A DNA stretch of 62,214 nt, counting the filler. It is 5 parts of 5 records of this genome, joined end to end, with 100 filler letters (N's around TTAATTAATTAA, not from the genome) between each part and the next. Parts side by side here need not be neighbours in the genome. Positions count along the whole stretch, not along the records: positions 53,954 to 58,527 come from SRR20825010_4315; positions 58,628 to 62,214 come from SRR20825010_4328; 3 more parts are not named here. One strand, written 5' to 3'. Position 1 is the first letter of the stretch. Each line of letters opens with the position of its first letter. Positions 56,905 to 62,214 of this stretch are shown here, piece by piece. The position numbers and the translations under genes are program-made. The notes beneath the pieces were generated by a model. That model was not told the origin of the DNA. It ran no database searches and worked only from the letters and a program-made list of their open reading frames with translations.

Positions 56905-58527
56905 TCAGACACCCTTGCGCTGTTTGGCGCGGGAGGATTCCACCTCTTCATGCGCAGCGCGGACCTTGGCGTTGCCGGTGACATGCGGCGTGCCGACTTC
57001 CCACCATGCATGGCCTTCGGTGGTCCAGCCGTCATAGGCATCGACCTTCATGACGATGACATGGGTCTTTGAGCTCGCCTTGGCGCGCTTGAAAGCCTCG
57101 CCCAGTTCCGCCGGGTTGGAGACGGTTTCGGCAATCGCGCCCATCGCCGCCGCATGCGCCTCGAAATCGACCGCGAAGGGCTCGGCGACGGTGGGGCAAT
57201 CGGCGATCAGGTTGTTGAAGCTCTCGTTGCCGGTGTTGTTCTGCAGCTTGTTGATGACGGCAAAGCCGCCATTGTCGAGCACCAGGATGATCAGCTTGCG
57301 GTCGCTCAGCACCGAGGAATAGATGTCGGAATTCATCAGCAGGTAGGAGCCGTCGCCGACGAAGACGATGGTGTCCCTGTCCGGCTCGCGCTCGAACTGC
57401 GCGATGCGCGCGCCCCAGCCGCCGGCGATCTCGTAGCCCATGCAGGAAAAGCCGAATTCGACGTCGACCGTGCCGATATCGAGCGTGCGCCAGTTGGCGG
57501 TGACTTCCGCCGGCAGCCCGCCTGCGGCGGTGACAACCCGGTCGCGGGCATCGCAGAGCGCGTTGACCACGCCGATGGCCTGCGCATAGGAGTTAGGCCG
57601 GTTGCCATGCGCCACATTGCCCGCGACATAGGCGTCCCAGGCCTTGCGCTGGGCTTGCGCGAAGCCGGTCCAGTCCGCCGGTGTCGTGTAGCCGCCCAGC
57701 GCCGCATCGAGCGCTTCGATTCCGAGTTTCGCGTCGCCGACCACCGGCAACGAGAGATGCTTGGATGCATCGTGCCGCGCGGCATTAAGGGAAACCAGTT
57801 TCGCCGCCTTTTCGAAGGCGGTCCAGGAGCCGGTGGTGAAATCCTGCAGCCTTGTGCCGATGGCGATGATCACGTCGGCCTTCTCTGCAACCGCGTTGGC
57901 GCTGTCCGACCCGGTGACGCCGACCGGGCCGATGTTGAGCGGATGATCATTGAGCAAGTTCGCCCGCCCGGCGATGGTCTCGATCACCGGGATCTGACGG
58001 GCTTCGGCGAAGGCGGTCAGCTCATTGACCGCACGCGAATACTGCACGCCGCCGCCGGCGATGATCACCGGCCGTTTGGCCGATGCGATTGCCGCCGCGG
58101 CGTCTGCGATTTCGCTCGCATCCGGAGCCTGGCGGCGGATCCGGTGCAGCTTCCTGGCAAACAGCTCGACCGGGTAGTCATAGGCCCAGCCCTGCACATC
58201 CTGCGGCAGGCCGAGGAACGCCGGGCCGCAATCGGCGGGATCGAGCATGGTGGCGATCGCCGCGGGCAGCGATTGGATGATCTGCGCCGGATGGGTGATC
58301 CGGTCCCAGTAGCGGCTCACCGGTTTGAAAGCGTCGTTCAGCCCCATGACCGGGTTGCCGAAATGCTCGAGCTGCTGCAGCACCGGGTCGGGCAGCCTTG
58401 TGAGGAAGATGTCGCCGCACAGCATCAGCACCGGCAGCCGGTTGGCATGCGCCAGCGCCGCCGACGTCAAGAGGTTGGCCGTCCCCGGCCCCGCCGACGC
58501 CGTGCAGAACATGAAGCGCTGCCTGAG
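56905..58527 (-). CDS. iolD: 3D-(3,5/4)-trihydroxycyclohexane-1,2-dione acylhydrolase, 5' partial
   Basis: PDPVLQQLE, GTRLQDFTTGS, EFGFSCMGYEIAG, GDGSYLLMNS and WWEVG motifs. Confidence 0.95.
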   Translation of the reverse strand, partial: LRQRFMFCTASAGPGTANLLTSAALAHANRLPVLMLCGDIFLTRLPDPVLQQLEHFGNPVMGLNDAFKPVSRYWDRITHPAQIIQSLPAAIATMLDPADCGPAFLGLPQDVQGWAYDYPVELFARKLHRIRRQAPDASEIADAAAAIASAKRPVIIAGGGVQYSRAVNELTAFAEARQIPVIETIAGRANLLNDHPLNIGPVGVTGSDSANAVAEKADVIIAIGTRLQDFTTGSWTAFEKAAKLVSLNAARHDASKHLSLPVVGDAKLGIEALDAALGGYTTPADWTGFAQAQRKAWDAYVAGNVAHGNRPNSYAQAIGVVNALCDARDRVVTAAGGLPAEVTANWRTLDIGTVDVEFGFSCMGYEIAGGWGARIAQFEREPDRDTIVFVGDGSYLLMNSDIYSSVLSDRKLIILVLDNGGFAVINKLQNNTGNESFNNLIADCPTVAEPFAVDFEAHAAAMGAIAETVSNPAELGEAFKRAKASSKTHVIVMKVDAYDGWTTEGHAWWEVGTPHVTGNAKVRAAHEEVESSRAKQRKGV

Positions 58528-58627
58528 NNNNNNNNNNNNNNNNNNNNNNNNNNNNNNNNNNNNNNNNNNNNTTAATTAATTAANNNNNNNNNNNNNNNNN
58601 NNNNNNNNNNNNNNNNNNNNNNNNNNN
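58528..58627. other. Artificial contig spacer
   Basis: N run plus TTAATTAATTAA. Confidence 0.99.
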
Positions 58628-59310
58628 TCATCGGGCCGAACGGCGCGGGCAAATCCATGTTGTTGAAATGCATGATGGGGTTCTATGCCCCCTCCAAGGG
58701 GGAGGTGGTGCGGCGCGCCGGCCTCAAAATCGGCTATGTGCCGCAGCGGCTGGTGGCGGATCATACGGTGCCAATCCGGGTTCGGCGGTTTCTGACCCTG
58801 CGCAAGAAAGCATCGCGGGATGTCCTTCAGAATGTCGCAAAGGAAACCGCGATTGAGGAAATTCTCGATCAGCCGATCCATGTGCTTTCCGGCGGGGAAT
58901 TGCAACGCGTCCTGCTCGCACGGGCTTTGCTGGATGATCCGGACCTCTTGGTGTTGGATGAGCCGGCGCAGAATCTTGATGTGACGGGACAGCTCGCCTT
59001 CTACAAATTGATCGAAAAAATCTATGCGGAGAGGGATGTCAGCATCCTGATGGTCTCCCATGACTTGCATCTGGTCATGTCGAGCACGCGGGAGGTGGTC
59101 TGCCTCTATCATCATATCTGCTGTCATGGGGAGCCAAATATGGTGACACGTGATCCGGAATTTATTTCGCTGTTCGGCAATGACATGGCGCGCCTGATGG
59201 CGGTTTATAACCACAGCCATGATCATGACCACGATCATGATGAAGGGTCTCACCCTCATGATCACGGCCATTCCCACACCCACGAACATCTGGAAAAGCT
59301 CGATGGTTGA
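58628..59310 (+). CDS. znuC: Zinc ABC transporter ATPase, 5' partial
   Basis: GPNGAGKS, LSGGE, LDEP, SHDL and HICCHG motifs; His-rich tail. Confidence 0.93.
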
Positions 59311-60100
59311 TGATTTTATTCTCCGCGCGCTCGCGGCGGGGATCGGCGTCGCGCTGATTGCCGGCCCGCTCGGCTGTTTCGTGGTCTGGCGGCGAATGGC
59401 CTATTTCGGTGATTCGCTGGCCCATAGCGCCCTTCTCGGCATCGCGCTCGGTCTGCTTTACGGTATCAATATCAATCTCGGCACGGTGATTATCTGCACC
59501 CTGTTTGCCTTTCTCCTCGTCTGGTTGCAGCAGCGCCGGGTGCTGGCGACGGATACTTTGCTGGGTATTCTTGCCCATGCGGCGCTCTCTATCGGGATGG
59601 TGGCCTTGAGCTTCCTTAATAATGTGAGCTTTGATCTCTACAGCTATCTGTTCGGCGATATTCTGACCGTCCGGATCAGCGATCTTTACTGGATCTATGG
59701 CGGTGGCCTGGTGGTCATCGGGTTACTGGTTTTCAACTGGTCGTCGCTCACCCTGATGACCCTGAATGAGGATCTCGCTCGCGCCGAAGGGGTGAATACG
59801 GTCTGGGCGAATATCCTTCTCATGCTGCTGATGACCATCGTTGTTGCGGTCTCCATCCGCATCGTCGGCATCCTTTTGATTACCTCAATGCTGATCATTC
59901 CGGCGGCGACGGCACGACAGCTTGTCTCCTCGCCCGAGAATATGGCGATCTGGGCGGCGATCTTCGGACTGATCGCGGTGATTGCCGGGATTTCGGGCTC
60001 CGTCGAGTTCGATACCCCTTCCGGGCCGAGTATCGTTACCGCCGCCGCGATCATCTTTGCCCTCCTCTCCACGGTGGCGGCGATGCGTCGCCGCGCGTGA
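59303..60100 (+). CDS. znuB: Zinc ABC transporter permease
   Basis: WRRMAYFGDSLAH, YLFGDIL and IIPAATAR motifs; start MVDDF overlaps the znuC end. Confidence 0.93.
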   Translation: MVDDFILRALAAGIGVALIAGPLGCFVVWRRMAYFGDSLAHSALLGIALGLLYGININLGTVIICTLFAFLLVWLQQRRVLATDTLLGILAHAALSIGMVALSFLNNVSFDLYSYLFGDILTVRISDLYWIYGGGLVVIGLLVFNWSSLTLMTLNEDLARAEGVNTVWANILLMLLMTIVVAVSIRIVGILLITSMLIIPAATARQLVSSPENMAIWAAIFGLIAVIAGISGSVEFDTPSGPSIVTAAAIIFALLSTVAAMRRRA

Positions 60101-60199
60101 CGGTCGCCTCACGATGAAAAGTTGAATCTTGTCATTGGCTTGCCCCGACAATCTGTTAGGATCACGCATCCGTATAACAGCCATAATCAAGGGGCGGGA

Positions 60200-61891
60200 A
60201 TGACAGGGTCGATGAAAGTCAGGACAGGCGGGCAAATCCTCGCCGATCAACTCGCAATTCAGGGGGCGGACACCGTTTTCTGTGTGCCGGGGGAGAGCTA
60301 TCTCGACGTAATCGACGGGCTTTATAATCACGCCAACAGCATCCGCATGATCAACACCCGCCATGAAGGCGGTGCGTCCAATATGGCGGAGGCCTATGGC
60401 AAGTTGACCGGGCGGCCCGGCATCTGCATGGTGACGCGCGGGCCCGGCGCGACCAATGCCTCGATCGGGCTGCACACCGCCTTTCAGGACAGCACGCCGA
60501 TGATCCTTTTCGTTGGGCAGGTCGGGCGCGATGCCATCGACCGGGAGGCTTTTCAGGAAATGGATTACCGCCGTGTCTTTGGCGAAATGGCGAAATGGGT
60601 GGCTGAAATCGACGATGCCCGCCGCATCCCGGAATATGTGAGCCGTGCCTTTCATACCGCGCTGTCAGGGCGGCCGGGACCGGTTGTGCTGGCGCTGCCT
60701 GAAGATATGCTGACCGATATGGTGGAAGTGGCGGACATTGCCCATCCGGCGAAAACCCCGTCCATCGCGCCGGCCGCTGCCGATATGATGGCGCTGGAGG
60801 CACGGCTTGCTGTGGCGGAGCGGCCCTTCATGATTGTCGGCGGGGCCACCTGGACCAAAGCGGCGGTCAAGGATATCGAGGCCTTCGCGGAAAATCATGG
60901 CATTCCGGTCGGGGCGTCGCTGCGCTCGCAGGATTGTTTCGATAACCGCCATCCCAACTATGCGGGCGACGTTGGCATTGCGATCAACCCCAAGCTTGCG
61001 AAACGGATCAAGGAGAGCGATCTGCTAATGGTCGTCGGGCCGCGCCTTGGCGAGATGACGACGCAGGGCTATACCCTGATCGAGGTGCCGAACCCGGCCA
61101 TGACGCTGGTCCATGTGCATCCCGGCGTATCGGAACTCGGCCGCGTCTATCTTCCCGATATCGCGATCAACGCCCGCATGCCGGAGTTCGCCGCCGCCGC
61201 GCGCGCCATGGCGCCGGGCGGCGTGAAGGCGCGTGAAGGCTGGGTCATGAACGCCCGCGCCGACTATCTCGCGCGGATCAAGCCGACCGAAGTACCGGGA
61301 CCGGTCAATCTTGGCAAGATCGTCGCCTACCTCAATGAAACGCTGCCCGAGGATGCGATTATCACCGCAGGCGCCGGAAATTATGCCGTCTGGGCGCATC
61401 GCTTTTTCCAGCACAAGACATTCCGCACTCAACTGGCCCCGACGAGTGGCGCGATGGGCTATAGCGTGCCCGCCGCGATTAGTGCGAAGATTACCGAGCC
61501 CGAACGCACCGTGGTCAGTTTTAACGGCGATGGCTGTTTCATGATGCTCGGGCAGGAGTTGGCGACGGCGATGCAGTTTAATGCCGCCGTCATCTTTATT
61601 ATCGTCAATAACGGTATGCTCGGTACGATCCGTATGCATCAGGAAAGGACTTATCCTTCCCGTGTGCATGCGACGACGCTTGCCAACCCGGATTTCGCGG
61701 CGCTGGCCCGTGCCTATGGCGCGTTTGGCGAGAAGGTGACCCGGACGGAGGATTTTGCGGATGTTTTCGCGGCGGCGCAGGCCTCTGGTACGGCGGCGGT
61801 CATCGAGGTGATTGTCGATCCGGAGGCGCTGACGCCGGAACAGAGCCTCTCGGCGGCGCGGGAGCAGGGGCAGAAGGCAACAACCTCTTGA
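60200..61891 (+). CDS. ThDP-dependent enzyme (acetolactate synthase-like superfamily)
   Basis: VPGESYL, RHEGGA, TRGPG, AFQE and GDGCF...NNG motifs. Confidence 0.9.
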   Translation: MTGSMKVRTGGQILADQLAIQGADTVFCVPGESYLDVIDGLYNHANSIRMINTRHEGGASNMAEAYGKLTGRPGICMVTRGPGATNASIGLHTAFQDSTPMILFVGQVGRDAIDREAFQEMDYRRVFGEMAKWVAEIDDARRIPEYVSRAFHTALSGRPGPVVLALPEDMLTDMVEVADIAHPAKTPSIAPAAADMMALEARLAVAERPFMIVGGATWTKAAVKDIEAFAENHGIPVGASLRSQDCFDNRHPNYAGDVGIAINPKLAKRIKESDLLMVVGPRLGEMTTQGYTLIEVPNPAMTLVHVHPGVSELGRVYLPDIAINARMPEFAAAARAMAPGGVKAREGWVMNARADYLARIKPTEVPGPVNLGKIVAYLNETLPEDAIITAGAGNYAVWAHRFFQHKTFRTQLAPTSGAMGYSVPAAISAKITEPERTVVSFNGDGCFMMLGQELATAMQFNAAVIFIIVNNGMLGTIRMHQERTYPSRVHATTLANPDFAALARAYGAFGEKVTRTEDFADVFAAAQASGTAAVIEVIVDPEALTPEQSLSAAREQGQKATTS

Positions 61892-61907
61892 AGAAGGGAC
61901 AACAGAC

Positions 61908-62214
61908 ATGATTGATCTTTACACTTGGGGCACGCCGAACGGGCGGAAAGTCTCTATTTTACTTGAAGAGCTTGAACTCCCTTATCAGGTAAAACCTATC
62001 GATATCACGGCGGGGGACCAGAAAACGCCGGAGTTTCTGGCGATTTCCCCCAATGGGCGTATCCCGGCGATTGTTGATCATGATACGGGCACGCGGATGA
62101 TGGAATCCGGCGCGATCATGCTCTATCTCGCGAAGAAGGCGGGCGGCAAGTTGATCCCCTCGGGCGAGGCGGGCTACTGGCAGATGATGGAATGGCTGAT
62201 GTGGCAGATGGGCG
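61908..62214 (+). CDS. Glutathione S-transferase, Nu class (YfcG-like), 3' partial (not in ORF track)
   Basis: Manual translation gives [22 protein letters not shown]...[11 protein letters not shown]...[10 protein letters not shown]...WLMWQMG. Confidence 0.9.
   Translation, partial: MIDLYTWGTPNGRKVSILLEELELPYQVKPIDITAGDQKTPEFLAISPNGRIPAIVDHDTGTRMMESGAIMLYLAKKAGGKLIPSGEAGYWQMMEWLMWQMG

Noticed and set aside
56904-57041. N-terminal extension of the PhyH ORF
   Set aside because: It overlaps the iolD 3' end; ATG 56903 directly after the iolD stop is the better start.
54272-58575. Long plus-strand ORFs (344, 341, 242 and 473 aa)
   Set aside because: They are antisense shadows of the iol genes, expected in GC-rich DNA.
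58576-61909. Minus-strand ORFs opposite znuC, znuB and the ThDP gene
   Set aside because: They are antisense shadow frames without motifs.

Overview
The window is not one locus. It is five unrelated contigs joined by 100-nt N spacers that carry a TTAATTAATTAA linker (15154-15253, 38222-38321, 53854-53953, 58528-58627). Contig 1 (1-15153, AT-rich, Flavobacteriaceae-like) holds the end of a tyrosine-integrase element inserted at a tRNA 3' end, probably tRNA-Leu. The att core, arm-type repeats, an xis-like HTH gene and a membrane-anchored orphan gene are all visible. Host genes follow: rodA, mrdA, mreD, mreC, mreB, purH, a GAF protein, a composite MITE/REP, pirin, gldN and gldM. Contig 2 (15254-38221, Cytophagales-like Bacteroidota) is a beta-mannan/galactomannan PUL: GH130 (partial), SGNH acetylesterase, AGE epimerase, GH27, HTCS, SusC/SusD, two surface glycan-binding lipoproteins, a T9SS-secreted CBM35-GH26, and an unusual non-catalytic T9SS protein with three CBM-like and four Ig-like modules. 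Contig 3 (38322-53853, Flavobacteriaceae-like) is mostly housekeeping (rocD, Smr, cysteine desulfurase, CtaA, CCA, TsaC, glycosyltransferases, dapD) plus a truncated GxxExxY gene with inverted flanks. Contig 4 (53954-58527, GC-rich Alphaproteobacteria) is an inositol catabolic operon with a PhyH-family Fe(II)/2OG dioxygenase between iolD and iolC. Contig 5 (58628-62214, Alphaproteobacteria) carries znuC, znuB, a ThDP enzyme and a Nu-class GST. The best novelty candidates are the dioxygenase in the iol operon, the catalytic-free T9SS CBM/Ig protein, and the membrane protein of the integrative element. All family calls rest on motif recognition by eye; no database searches were run.
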